From Eledone cirrhosa (Eukaryota): a DNA stretch of 64,000 nt. Numbering within the stretch: the stretch's first letter is position 1; each line of letters opens with the position of its first letter. Below are positions 18,001-36,000 of the stretch, in pieces. The notes below the pieces were generated by a model that was not told the origin of the DNA, ran no database searches, and saw only the letters and a program-made list of their open reading frames with translations. The stretch lies in NCBI GenBank assembly GCA_964016885.1, contig OZ024742.1, positions 315,890,001 to 315,954,000 of the forward strand, given 5' to 3'. Both the position numbers and the translations under genes were made by a program.

Positions 18001-21000
18001 ATATACACTATCTGGCCACAATACCACTGGAAACATTACTATATACACTACCTGGCAACAATCACCACCTCTGGAAATATTACTATATACACTACCTGGC
18101 CACAATCACCACCACTGGAAACATTACTATATACACTACCTGGCCACAATCACCACCACTGGAAACATTACTATATACACTACCTGGCCACAATCACCAC
18201 CACTGGAAACATTACTATATACAGTACCTGGCCACAATCATCACCTCTGGAAACATTACTATATACACTACCTGGCCACAATCACCACCACTGGAAACAT
18301 TACTATATACACTACCTGGCCACAATCACCACCACCACTGGAAACATTACTATATACACTACCTGGCCACAATCACCACCACTGGAAACATTACTATATA
18401 CACTACCTGGCAACAATCACCACCTCTGGAAATATTACTATATACACTACCTGGCCACAATCACCACCACTGGAAACATTACTATATACACTACCTGGCC
18501 ACAATCACCACCACTGGAAACATTACTATATACACTACCTGGCCACAATCACCACCACTGGAAACATTACTATATACACTACCTGGCCACAATCACCAAC
18601 ACTGGAAACATTACTATATACAGTACCTGGCCACAATCACCACCACTGGAAACATTACTATATACACTACCTGGCCACAATCACCACCACTGGAAACATT
18701 ACTATATACAGTACCTGGCCACAATCACCACCACTGGAAATATTACTATATACAATACCTGGCCACAATCACCACCACTGGAAACATTACTTCATACACT
18801 ACCTGGCCACAATCACCACCACTGGAAACATTACTATATACACTACCTGGCCACAATCACCACCACTGGAAACATTACTATATACACTACCTGGCCACAA
18901 TCACCACCACTGGAAACATTACTATATACAATACCTAGCCACAATCACCACCACTGGAAACATTACTATATACAATACCTGGCCACAATCACCACCACTG
19001 GAAACATTACTATATACAGTACCTAGCCACAATCACCACCACTGGAAACATTACTATATACAGTAGCTGGCCACAATCACCACCACTGGAAGCATTACTA
19101 TATACAATACCCGGCCACAATCACCACCACTGGAAACATTACTATATACACTACCTGGCCACAATCACCACCACTGGAAGCATTACTATATACAATACCC
19201 GGCCACAATCACCACCACTGGAAACATTACTATATACACTACCTGGCCACAATCACCACCACTGGAAACATTACTATATACACTACCTGGCCACAATCAC
19301 CACCACTGGAAGCATTACTATATACACTACCTGGCCACAATCACCACCACTGGAAACATTACTATATACACTACCTGGCCACAATCACCACCACTGGAAA
19401 CATTACTATATACAGTAGCTGGCCACAATCACCACCACTGGAAACATTACTATATACACTACCTGGCCACAATCAACACATCTGGAAACTTTACTATATA
19501 CAGTACCTGTCCACAATCACCACCACTGGAAACATTACTATATACACTACCTGGCCACAATCACCACCACTGGAAACATTACTATATACACTACCTGGCC
19601 ACAATCACACCTCTGGAAACATTACTATATACACTACCTGGCCACAATCACCACCACTGGAAACATTACTATATACAGTAGCTGGCCACAATCACCACCA
19701 CTGGAAACATTACTATATACACTACCTGGCCACAATCAACACCTCTGGAAACTTTACTATATACAGTACCTGTCCACAATCACCACCTCTGGAAACATTA
19801 CTATATACACTAGCTGGCCACAATCACCACCACTGGAAACATTACTATATACACTACCTGGCCACAATCACACCTCTGGAAACATTACTATATACAGTAG
19901 CTGGCCACAATCACCACCACTGGAAACATTACTATATACACTACCTGGCCACAATCACCACCACTGGAAACATTACTATATACACTACCTGGCCACAATC
20001 ACACCTCTGGAAACATTACTATATACAGTAGCTGGCCACAATCACCACCACTGGATACATTACTATATACACTACCTGGCCACAATCAACACCTCTGGAA
20101 ACTTTACTATATACAGTACCTGTCCACAATCACCACCACTGGAAACATTACTATATACACTACCTGGCCACAATCACCACCACTGGAAAGATTACTATAT
20201 ACACTACCTGGCCACAATCACCACCACTGGAAAGATTACTATATACACTACCTGGCCACAATCACCACCTCTGGAAACATTACTATATGCAGTACCTGGC
20301 CACAATCTCCACCACTGGAAACATTACTATATACAGTACCTGGCCACAATCACCACCACTGGAAACAATACTATGTACAGTACCTGGCCACAATCACGAC
20401 CACTGGATACATTACTATATACACTACGTGGCCACAATCACCACCTCTGGAAACATTACTATATACAGTATCTGGCCACAATCACCACCACTGGAAACAT
20501 TACTATGTACACTACCTGGCCACAATCACGACCACTGGATACATTACTATATACACTACCTGGCCACAATCACCACCACTGGAAACATTACTATATACAG
20601 TACCTAGCCACAATTACCACCACTGGAAACATTACTATATACACTACCTGGCCACAATCACCACCACTGGAAACATTACTATATACACTACCTGGACACA
20701 ATCACCCCCACTGGAAACATTACTATATACACTACCCGGCCACAATCACCACCTCTGGAAACATTACTATATACACTACCTGGCCACAATCACCACCTCT
20801 GGAAACATTACTATATACACTACCTGGCCACAATCACCACCTCTGGAAACATTACTATATACACTATCTGGCCACAATCACCACCACTGGAAACATTACT
20901 ATATACACTACCTGGCCACAATCACCACCACTGGAAACGTTACTCTATACACTATCTGGCCACAATCACCACCACTGGAAACATTACTATATACACTACC

Positions 21001-24000
21001 TGGCTACAATCACCACCACTGGAAACATTACTATATACAGTATCTGGCCACAATCACCACCAATGGACACATTACTATATACAGTACCTGGCCACAACCA
21101 CCACCTCTGGAAACATTACTATATACAGTCCCTGGCGACAATCACCAGCTCTGGAAACATTACTATATACACTATCTGGCCACAATACCACTGGAAACAT
21201 TACTATATACACTACCTGGCAACAATCACCACCTCTGGAAATATTACTATATACACTACCTGGCCACAATCACCACCACTGGAAACATTACTATATACAC
21301 TACCTGGCCACAATCACCACCACTGGAAACATTACTATATACACTACCTGGCCACAATCACCACCACTGGAAACATTACTATATACAGTACCTGGCCACA
21401 ATCATCACCTCTGGAAACATTACTATATACACTACCTGGCCACAATCACCACCACTGGAAACATTACTATATACACTACCTGGCCACAATCACCACCACC
21501 ACTGGAAACATTACTATATACACTACCTGGCCACAATCACCACCACTGGAAACATTACTATATACACTACCTGGCAACAATCACCACCTCTGGAAATATT
21601 ACTATATACACTACCTGGCCACAATCACCACCACTGGAAACATTACTATATACACTACCTGGCCACAATCACCACCACTGGAAACATTACTATATACACT
21701 ACCTGGCCACAATCACCACCACTGGAAACATTACTATATACACTACCTGGCCACAATCACCACCACTGGAAACATTACTATATACAGTACCTGGCCACAA
21801 TCACCACCACTGGAAACATTACTATATACACTACCTGGCCACAATCACCACCACTGGAAACATTACTATATACAGTACCTGGCCACAATCACCACCACTG
21901 GAAATATTACTATATACAATACCTGGCCACAATCACCACCACTGGAAACATTACTTCATACACTACCTGGCCACAATCACCACCACTGGAAACATTACTA
22001 TATACACTACCTGGCCACAATCACCACCACTGGAAACATTACTATATACACTACCTGGCCACAATCACCACCACTGGAAACATTACTATATACAATACCT
22101 AGCCACAATCACCACCACTGGAAACATTACTATATACAATACCTGGCCACAATCACCACCACTGGAAACATTACTATATACAGTACCTAGCCACAATCAC
22201 CACCACTGGAAACATTACTATATACAGTAGCTGGCCACAATCACCACCACTGGAAGCATTACTATATACAATACCCGGCCACAATCACCACCACTGGAAA
22301 CATTACTATATACACTACCTGGCCACAATCACCACCACTGGAAGCATTACTATATACAATACCCGGCCACAATCACCACCACTGGAAACATTACTATATA
22401 CACTACCTGGCCACAATCACCACCACTGGAAACATTACTATATACACTACCTGGCCACAATCACCACCACTGGAAGCATTACTATATACACTACCTGGCC
22501 ACAATCACCACCACTGGAAACATTACTATATACACTACCTGGCCACAATCACCACCACTGGAAACATTACTATATACAGTAGCTGGCCACAATCACCACC
22601 ACTGGAAACATTACTATATACACTACCTGGCCACAATCAACACATCTGGAAACTTTACTATATACAGTACCTGTCCACAATCACCACCACTGGAAACATT
22701 ACTATATACACTACCTGGCCACAATCACCACCACTGGAAACATTACTATATACACTACCTGGCCACAATCACACCTCTGGAAACATTACTATATACACTA
22801 CCTGGCCACAATCACCACCACTGGAAACATTACTATATACAGTAGCTGGCCACAATCACCACCACTGGAAACATTACTATATACACTACCTGGCCACAAT
22901 CAACACCTCTGGAAACTTTACTATATACAGTACCTGTCCACAATCACCACCTCTGGAAACATTACTATATACACTAGCTGGCCACAATCACCACCACTGG
23001 AAACATTACTCTATACACTACCTGGTCACAATCACCACCACTAGAAACATTACTATATACACTACCTGGCCACAATCACCACCACTGGAAACATTACTAT
23101 ATACACTACCTGGCCACAATCACCACCACTGGAAACATTACTATATACAGTACCTGGCCACAATCACCACCACTGGAAACATTACTATATACAGTACCTG
23201 GCCACAATCACCACCACTGGAAACATTACTATATACAGTACCTGGCCACAATCATCACCACTGGAAACATTACTATATACACTACCTGGCCACAATCACC
23301 ACCTCTGGAAACATTACTATATACACTACCTGGCCACAATCACCACCTCTGGAAACATTACTACATACAGTACCTGGCCACAATCACCACCACTGGAAAC
23401 ATTACTATATACACTACCTGGCCACAATCACCAGCACTGGAAACATTACTATATACAGTACCTGGTCACAATCACCACCACTGGAAACATTACTATATAC
23501 ACTACCTGGCCACAATCACCACCACTGGAAACTTACTATATACACTACCTGGCCACAATCACCACCACTGGAAACATTACTATATACAGTACCTGGCCAC
23601 AATCACCACCACTGGAAACATTACTATATACACTACCTGGCCACAATCACCACCACTGGAAACATTACTATATACAGTACCTGGCCACAATCACCACCAC
23701 TGGAAACATTACTATATACACTACCTGGCCACAATCACCACCACTGGAAACATTACTATATACAGTACCTGGCCACAATCACCACCACTGAAAATATTAC
23801 TATATACAATACCTGGCCACAATCACCACCACTGGAAACATTACTTTATACACTACCTGGCCACAATCACCACCACTGGAAACATTACTATATACACTAC
23901 CTGGCCACAATCACCACCACTGGAAATATTACTATATACACTACCTGGCCACAATCACCACCACTGGAAACATTACTATATACAATACCTAGCCACAATC

Positions 24001-27000
24001 ACCACCACTGGAAACATTACTATATACAATACCTGGCCACAATCACCACCACTGGAAACATTACTATATACAGTACCTGGCCACAATCACCACCACTGGA
24101 AGCATTACTATATACAATACCCGGCCACAATCACCACCACTGGAAACATTACTATATACACTACCTGGCCACAATCACCACCACTGGAAACATTACTATA
24201 TACACTACCTGGCCACAATCACACCTCTGGAAACATTACTATATACACTACCTGGCCACAATCACCACCACTGGAAACATTACTATATACAGTAGCTGGC
24301 CACAATCACCACCACTGGAAACATTACTATATACACTACCTGGCCACAATCAACACCTCTGGAAACTTTACTATATACAGTACCTGTCCACAATCACCAC
24401 CACTGGAAACATTACTATATACACTACCTGGCCACAATCACCACCACTGGAAAGATTACTATATACACTACCTGGCCACAATCACCACCACTGGAAAGAT
24501 TACTATATACACTACCTGGCCACAATCACCACCTCTGGAAACATTACTATATGCAGTACCTGGCCACAATCTCCACCACTGGAAACATTACTATATACAG
24601 TACCTGGCCACAATCACCACCACTGGAAACAATACTATGTACAGTACCTGGCCACAATCACGACCACTGGATACATTACTATATACACTACGTGGCCACA
24701 ATCACCACCTCTGGAAACATTACTATATACAGTATCTGGCCACAATCACCACCACTGGAAACATTACTATGTACACTACCTGGCCACAATCACGACCACT
24801 GGATACATTACTATATACACTACCTGGCCACAATCACCACCACTGGAAACATTACTATATACAGTACCTAGCCACAATTACCACTACTGGAAACATTACT
24901 ATATACACTACCTGGCCACAATCACCACCACTGGAAACATTACTATATACACTACCTGGACACAATCACCCCCACTGGAAACATTACTATATACACTACC
25001 CGGCCACAATCACCACCTCTGGAAACATTACTATATACACTACCTGGCCACAATCACCACCTCTGGAAACATTACTATATACACTACCTGGCCACAATCA
25101 CCACCTCTGGAAACATTACTATATACACTATCTGGCCACAATCACCACCACTGGAAACATTACTATATACACTACCTGGCCACAATCACCACCACTGGAA
25201 ACGTTACTCTATACACTATCTGGCCACAATCACCACCACTGGAAACATTACTATATACACTACCTGGCTACAATCACCACCACTGGAAACATTACTATAT
25301 ACAGTATCTGGCCACAATCACCACCAATGGACACATTACTATATACAGTACCTGGCCACAACCACCACCTCTGGAAACATTACTATATACAGTCCCTGGC
25401 GACAATCACCAGCTCTGGAAACATTACTATATACACTATCTGGCCACAATACCACTGGAAACATTACTATATACACTACCTGGCAACAATCACCACCTCT
25501 GGAAATATTACTATATACACTACCTGGCCACAATCACCACCACTGGAAACATTACTATATACACTACCTGGCCACAATCACCACCACTGGAAACATTACT
25601 ATATACACTACCTGGCCACAATCACCACCACTGGAAACATTACTATATACAGTACCTGGCCACAATCATCACCTCTGGAAACATTACTATATACACTACC
25701 TGGCCACAATCACCACCACTGGAAACATTACTATATACACTACCTGGCCACAATCACCACCACCACTGGAAACATTACTATATACACTACCTGGCCACAA
25801 TCACCACCACTGGAAACATTACTATATACACTACCTGGCAACAATCACCACCTCTGGAAATATTACTATATACACTACCTGGCCACAATCACCACCACTG
25901 GAAACATTACTATATACACTACCTGGCCACAATCACCACCACTGGAAACATTACTATATACACTACCTGGCCACAATCACCACCACTGGAAACATTACTA
26001 TATACAGTACCTGGCCACAATCATCACCTCTGGAAACATTACTATATACACTACCTGGCCACAATCACCACCACTGGAAACATTACTATATACACTACCT
26101 GGCCACAATCACCACCACTGGAAACATTACTATATACACTACCTGGCCACAATCACCACCACTGGAAACATTACTATATACAGTACCTGGCCACAATCAC
26201 CACCACTGGAAACATTACTATATACAGTACCTGGCGACAATCACCACCACTGGAAACATTACTATATACACTACCTGGCCACAATCACCACCACTGGAAA
26301 CATTACTATATACACTACCTAGCCACAATCACCACCACTGGAAACATTACTATATACACTACCTGGCCACAATCACCACCACTGGAAACATTACAATATA
26401 CACTACCTGGCCACAATCACCACCACTGGAAACATTACTATATACAGTACCTGGCGATAATCACCACCACTGGAAACATTACTATTTACACTACCTGGCC
26501 ACAATCACCACCACTGGATACATTAATATATACAATACCTGGCCACAATCACCACCACTGGAAACATTACTATATACAGTACATGGCCACAATCACCACC
26601 ACCGGAAACATTACTATATACACTACCTGGCCACAATCACCACCACTGGAAACATTACTATATACAGTAGCTGGCCACAATCACCACCACTGGAAACATT
26701 ACTATATACAGTACCTGGCCACAATCACCACCTCTGGAAACATTACTATACACACTACCTGGCCACAATCACCCCCACTGGAAACATTACTATATACACT
26801 ACCTGGCCACAATCACCACCACTGGAAACATTACTATATACAGTACCTGGCCACAATCACCACCACTGGAAACATTACTATATACACTACCTGGCCACAA
26901 TCACCACCTCTGGAAACATTACTATATACACTACCTGGCCACAATCACCACCTCTGGAAACATTACTATATACACTACCTGGCCACAATCACCACCACTG

Positions 27001-30000
27001 GAAACATTACTATACACACTACCTGGCCACAATCACCCCCACTGGAACCATTACTATATACACTACCTGGCCACAATCACCACCTCTGGAAACATTACTA
27101 TATACACTACCTGGCCACAATCACCACCTCTGGAAACATTACTATATACACTACCTGGCCACAATCACCACCTCTGGAAACATTACTATATACACTACCT
27201 GGCCACAATCACCACCACTGGAAACATTACTATATACACTACCTGGCCACAATCACCACCACTGGAAACATTACTATATACAGTACCTGGCCACAATCAC
27301 CACCTCTGGAAACATTACTATATACACTACCTGGCCACAATCACCACCACTGGAAACATTACTATATACAGTACCTGGCCACAATCACCACCTCTGGAAA
27401 CATTACTATATACACTACCTGGCCACAATCACCACCACTGGAAACATTACTATATACACTACCTGGCCACAATCACCACCTCTGGAAATATTACTATATA
27501 CACTACCTGGCCACAATCACCACATCTGGAAACATTACTATATACACTACCTGGCCACAATCACCACCACTGGAAACATTACTATATACAGTACCTGGCC
27601 ACAATCACCACCTCTGGAAACATTACTATATACACTACCTGGCCACAATCACCACCACTGGAAACATTACTATATACACTACCTGGCCACAATCACCCCC
27701 ACTGGAAACATTACTATATACACTACCTGGCCACAATCACCCCCACTGGAAACATTACTATATACACTACCTGGCCACAATCACCACCTCTGGAAACATT
27801 ACTATATACACTACCTGGCCACAATCACCACCACTGGAAACATTACTATATACACTACCTGGCCACAATCAACACCACTGGAAACATTACTATATACACT
27901 ACCTGGCCACTATCACCACCACTGGAAACATTACTATATACACTGCCTGGACACAATCACCCCCACTGGAAACATTACTATATACACTACCTGGCCACAA
28001 TCACCACCACTGGAAACATTACTATATACAGTACCTGGCCACAATCACCACCACTGGAAACATTACTATATACAGTACCTGGCCACAATCACCACCACAG
28101 GAAACATTACTATATACACTACCTGGCCACAATCACCACCTCTGGAAACATTACTATATACACTACCTGGCCACAATCACCACCTCTGGAAACATTACTA
28201 TATACACTACCTGGCCACAATCACCATCACTGGAAACATTACTATACACACTACCTGGCCACAATCACCCCCACTGGAAACATTACTATATACACTACCC
28301 GGCCACAATCACCACCTCTGGAAACTTTACTATATACACTACCCGGCCACAATCACCACCTCTGGAAACATTACTATATAGACTACCTGGCCACAATCAC
28401 CACCACTGGAAACATTACTATATACAGTACCTGGCCACAATCACCACCTCTGGAAACATTACTATATACACTACCTGGCCACAATCACCACCACTAGAAA
28501 CATTTCTATATACAGTACCTGGCCACAATCACCACCTCTGGAAACATTACTATATACACTACCTGGCCACAATTAACCACGACTGGAAACATTACTATAT
28601 ACACTACCTGGCCACAATCACCACCTCTGGAAATATTACTATATACACTACCTGACCACAATCACCACCTCTGGAAACATTACTATATACACTACCTGGC
28701 CACAATCACCACCACTGGAAACATTACTATATACAGTACCTGGCCACAATCACCACCTCTGGAAACATTACTATATACAGTACCTGGCCACAATCACCAC
28801 CACTGGAAACATTACTATATAAAGTACCTGGCCACAATCACCACCTCTGGAAACATTACTATATACAGTACCTGGCCACAATCACCACCACTGGAAACAT
28901 TACTATATACAGTACCTGGCCACAATCACCACCTCTGGAAACATTACTATATACAGTACCTGGCCACAATCACCACCTCTGGAAACATTACTATATACAG
29001 TACCTGGCCACAATCACCACCACTGGAAACATTACTATATACAGTACCTGGCCACAATCACCACCACTGGAAACATTACTATATACACTACCTGGCCACA
29101 ATCACCACCTCTGGAAACATTACTATATACACTACCTGGCCACAATCACCACCTCTGGAAACATTACTATATACACTACCTGGCCACAATCACCACCACT
29201 GGAAACATTACTATACACACTACCTGGCCACAATCACCCCCACTGGAAACATTACTATATACACTACCTGGCCACAATCACCACCTCTGGAAACATTACT
29301 ATATACACTACCTGGCCACAATCACCACCTCTGGAAACATTACTATATACACTACCTGGCCACAATCACCACCTCTGGAAACATTATTATATACACTACC
29401 TGGCCACAATCACCACCACTGGAAACATTACTATATACACTACCTGGCCACAATCACCACCACTGGAAACATTACTATATACAGTACCTGGCCACAATCA
29501 CCACCTCTGGAAACATTACTATATACACTACCTGGCCACAATCACCACCACTGGAAACATTACTATATACAGTACCTGGCCACAATCACCACCTCTGGAA
29601 ACATTACTATATACACTACCTGGCCACAATCACCACCACTGGAAACATTACTATATACACTACCTGGCCACAATCACCACCTCTGGAAATATTACTATAT
29701 ACACTACCTGGCTACAATCACCACATCTGGAAACATTACTATATACACTACCTGGCCACAATCACCACCACTGGAAACATTACTATATACAGTACCTGGC
29801 CACAATCACCACCTCTGGAAACATTACTATATACACTACCTGGCCACAATCACCACCACTGGAAACATTACTATATACAGTACCTGGCCACAATCACCAC
29901 CTCTGGAAACATTACTATATACACTACCTGGCCACAATCACCACCACTGGAAACATTACTATATACACTACCTGGCCACAATCGCCCCCACTGGAAACAT

Positions 30001-33000
30001 TACTATATACACTACCTGGCCACAATCACCCCCACTGGAAACATTATTATATACACTACCTGGCCACAATCACCACCTCTGGAAACATTACTATATACAC
30101 TACCTGGCCACAATCACCACCACTGGAAACATTACTATATACACTACCTGGCCACAATCAACACCACTGGAAACATTACTATATACACTACCTGGCCACA
30201 ATCACCACCACTGGAAACATTACTATATACACTACCTGGACACAATCACCCCCACTGGAAACATTACTATATACACTACCTGGCCACAATCACCACCACT
30301 GGAAACATTACTATATACAGTACCTGGCCACAATCACCACCACTGGAAACATTACTATATACAGTACCTGGCCACAATCACCACCACTGGAAACATTACT
30401 ATATACACTACCTGGCCACAATCACCACCTCTGGAAACATTACTATATACACTACCTGGCCACAATCACCACCTCTGGAAACATTACTATATACACTACC
30501 TGGCCACAATCACCACCACTGGAAACATTACTATACACACTACCTGGCCACAATCACCCCCACTGGAAACATTACTATATACACTACCCGGCCACAATCA
30601 CCACCTCTGGAAACATTACTATATACACTACCCGGCCACAATCACCACCTCTGGAAACATTACTATATAGACTACCTGGCCACAATCACTACCACTGGAA
30701 ACATTACTATATACAGTACCTGGCCACAATCACCACCTCTGGAAACATTACTATATACACTACCTGGCCACAATCACCACCACTAGAAACATTACTATAT
30801 ACAGTACCTGGCCACAATCACCACCTCTGGAAACATTACTATATACAGTACCTGGCCACAATCACCACCTCTGGAAACATTACTATATACAGTACTTGGC
30901 CACAATCACCACCTCTGGAAACATTACTATATACAGTACCTGGCCACAATCACCACCACTGGAAACATTACTATATACAGTACCTGGCCACAATCACCAC
31001 CACTGGAAACATTACTATATACACTACCTGGCCACAATCACCACCTCTGGAAACATTACTATATACACTACCTGGCCACAATCAACACCTCTGGAAACAT
31101 TACTATATACACTACCTGGCCACAATCACCACCTCTGGAAACATTACTATATACACTACCTGGCCACAATCACCACCACTGGAAACATTACTATACACAC
31201 TACCTGGCCACAATCACCCCCACTGGAAACATTACTATATACACTACCCGGCCACAATCACCACCTCTGGAAACATTACTATATACACTACCCGGCCACA
31301 ATCACCACCTCTGGAAACATTACTATATAGACTACCTGGCCACAATCACCACCACTGGAAACATTACTATATACAGTACCTGGCCACAATCACCACCTCT
31401 GGAAACATTACTATATACACTACCTGGCCACAATCACCACCACTAGAAACATTACTATATACAGTACCTGGCCTCAATCACCACCTCTGGAAACATTACT
31501 ATATACAGTACCTGGCCACAATCACCACCTCTGGAAACATTACTATATACAGTACCTGGCCACAATCACCACCTCTGGAAACATTACTATATACAGTACC
31601 TGGCCACAATCACCACCACTGGAAACATTACTATATACAGTACCTGGCCACAATCACCACCACTGGAAACATTACTATATACACTACCTGGCCACAATCA
31701 CCACCTCTGGAAACATTACTATATACACTACCTGGCCACAATCACCACCTCTGGAAACATTACTATATACACTACCTGGCCACAATCACCACCACTGAAA
31801 ACATTACTATACACACTACCTGGCCACAATCACCCCCACTGGAAACATTACTATATACACTACCTGGCCACAATCACCACCTCTGGAAACATTACTATAT
31901 ACACTACCTGGCCACAATCACCACCACTGGAAACATTACTATATACAGTACCTGGCCACAATCACCACCTCTGGAAACATTACTATATACACTACCTGGC
32001 CACAATCACCACCACTGGAAACATTACTATATACAGTACCTGGCCACAATCACCACCTCTGGAAACATTACTATATACACTACCTGGCCACAATCACCAC
32101 CACTGGAAACATTACTATATACACTACCTGGCCACAATCACCACCTCTGGAAATATTACTATATACACTACCTGGCCACAATCACCACATCTGGAAACAT
32201 TACTATATACACTACCTGGCCACAATCACCACCACTGGAAACATTACTATATACAGTATCTGGCCACAATCACCACCTCTGGAAACATTACTATATACAC
32301 TACCTGGCCACAATCACCACCACTGGAAACATTACTATATACAGTACCTGGCCACAATCACCACCTCTGGAAACATTACTATATACACTACCTGGCCACA
32401 ATCACCACCACTGGAAACATTACTATATACACTACCTGGCCACAATCGCCCCCACTGGAAACATTACTATATACACTACCTGGCCACAATCACCCCCACT
32501 GGAAACATTATTATATACACTACCTGGCCACAATCACCACCTCTGGAAACATTACTATATACACTACCTGGCCACAATCACCACCACTGGAAACATTACT
32601 ATATACACTACCTGGCCACAATCAACACCACTGGAAACATTACTATATACACTACCTGGCCACTATCACCACCACTGGAAACATTACTATATACACTACC
32701 TGGACACAATCACCCCCACTGGAAACATTACTATATACACTACCTGGCCACAATCACCACCACTGGAAACATTACTATATACAGTACCTGGCCACAATCA
32801 CCACCACTGGAAACATTACTATATACAGTACCTGGCCACAATCACCACCACTGGAAACATTACTATATACACTACCTGGCCACAATCACCACCTCTGGAA
32901 ACATTACTATATACACTACCTGGCCACAATCACCACCTCTGGAAACATTACTATATACACTACCTGGCCACAATCACCACCACTGGAAACATTACTATAC

Positions 33001-36000
33001 ACACTACCTGGCCACAATCACCCCCACTGGAAACATTACTATATACACTACCCGGCCACAATCACCACCTCTGGAAACATTACTATATACACTACCCGGC
33101 CACAATCACCACCTCTGGAAACATTACTATATAGACTACCTGGCCACAATCACCACCACTGGAAACATTACTATATACAGTACCTGGCCACAATCACCAC
33201 CTCTGGAAACATTACTATATACACTACCTGGCCACAATCACCACCACTAGAAACATTACTATATACAGTACCTGGCCACAATCACAACCTCTGGAAACAT
33301 TACTATATACAGTACCTGGCCACAATCACCACCACTGGAAACATTACTATATACACTACCTGGCCACAATCACCACCTCTGGAAATATTACTATATACAC
33401 TACCTGGCCACAATCACCACCTCTGGAAACATTACTATATACACTACCTGGCCACAATCACCACCACTGGAAACATTACTATATACAGTACCTGGCCACA
33501 ATCACCACCTCTGGAAACATTACTATATACACTACCTGGCCACAATCACCACCACTAGAAACATTACTATATACAGTACCTGGCCACAATCACAACCTCT
33601 GGAAACATTACTATATACACTACCTGGCCACAATCACCACCACTGGAAACATTACTATATACACTACCTGGCCACAATCACCACCTCTGGAAATATTACT
33701 ATATACACTACCTGGCCACAATCACCACCTCTGGAAACATTACTATATACACTACCTGGCCACAATCACCACCACTGGAAACATTACTATATACAGTACC
33801 TGGCCACAATCACCACCTCTGGAAACATTACTATATACAGTACCTGGCCACAATCACCACCACTGGAAACATTATTATATAAAATACCTGGCCACAATCA
33901 CCACCACTGGAAACATTACTATATACAGTACCTGGCCACAATCACCACCTCTGGAAACATTACTATATACAGTACCTGGCCACAATCACCACCTCTGGAA
34001 ACATTACTATATACAGTACCTGGCCACAATCACCACCACTGGAAACATTACTATATACAGTACCTGGCCACAATCACCACCACTGGAAACATTACTATAT
34101 ACACTACCTGGCCACAATCACCACCTCTGGAAACATTACTATATACACTACCTGGCCACAATCACCACCTCTGGAAACATTAATATATACAGTACCTGGC
34201 CACAATCACCACCACTGGAAACATTACTATATACAGTACCTGGCCACAATCACCACCTCTGGAAACATTACTATATACAGTACCTGGCCACAATCACCAC
34301 CTCTGGAAACATTACTATATACAGTACCTGGCCACAATCACCACCACTGGAAACATTACTATATACAGTACCTGGCCACAATCACCACCACTGGAAACAT
34401 TACTATATACACTACCTGGCCACAATCACCACCTCTGGAAACATTACTATATACACTACCTGGCCACAATCACCCCCACTGGAAACATTACTATATACAC
34501 TACCTGGCCACAATCACCACCTCTGGAAACATTACTATATACACTACCTGGCCACAATCACCACCACTGGAAACATTACTATATACACTACCTGGCCACA
34601 ATCACCACCACCGGAAACATTACTATATACAGTACCTGGCCACAATCACCACCTCTGGAAACATTACTATATACACTACCTGGCCACAATCACCACCACT
34701 GGAAACATTACTATATACAGTACCTGGCCAAAATCACCACCTCTGGAAATATTACTATATACACTACCTGGCCACAATCACCACATCTGGAAACATTACT
34801 ATATACACTACCTGGCCACAATCACCACCACTGGAAACATTACTATATACAGTACCTGGTCACAATCACCACCTCTGGAAACATTACTATATACACTACC
34901 TGGCCACAATCACCACCACTGGAAACATTACTATATACAGTACCTGGCCACAATCACCACTTCTGGAAACATTACTATATACACTACCTGGCCACAATCA
35001 CCACCACTGGAAACATTACTATATACACTACCTGGCCACAATCGCCCCCACTGGAAACATTACTATATACACTACCTGGCCACAATCACCCCCACTGGAA
35101 ACATTACTATATACACTACCTGGCCACAATCACCACCTCTGGAAACATTACTATATACACTACCTGGCCACAATCACCACCACTGGAAACATTACTATAT
35201 ACACTACCTGGCCACGATCACCACCACTGGAAACATTACTATATACACTACCTGGACACAATCACCCCCACTGGAAACATTACTATATACACTACCTGGC
35301 CACAATCACCACCACTGGAAACATTACTATATACAATACCTGGCCACAATCACCACCACTGGAAACATTACTATATACAGTACCTGGCCACAATCACCAC
35401 CACTGGAAACATTACTATATACACTACCTGGCCACAATCACCACCTCTGGAAACATTACTATATACACTACCTGGCCACAATCACCACCTCTGGAAACAT
35501 TACTATATACACTACCTGGCCACAATCACCACCACTGGAAACATTACTATACACACTACCTGGCCACAATCACCCCCACTGGAAACATTACTATATACAC
35601 TACCCGGCCACAATCACCACCTCTGGAAACATTACTATATACACTACCCGGCCACAATCACCACCTCTGGAAACATTACTATATAGACTACCTGGCCACA
35701 ATCACCACCACTGGAAACATTACTATATACAGTACCTGGCCACAATCACCACCACTAGAAACATTACTATATACAGTACCTGGCCACAATCACCACCTCT
35801 GGAAACATTACTATATACACTACCTGGCCACAATCACCACCACTGGAAACATTACTATATACACTACCTGGCCACAATCACCACCTCTGGAAATATTACT
35901 ATATACACTACCTGGCCACAATCACCACCTCTGGAAACATTACTATATACACTACCTGGCCACAATCACCACCACTGGAAACATTACTATATACAGTACC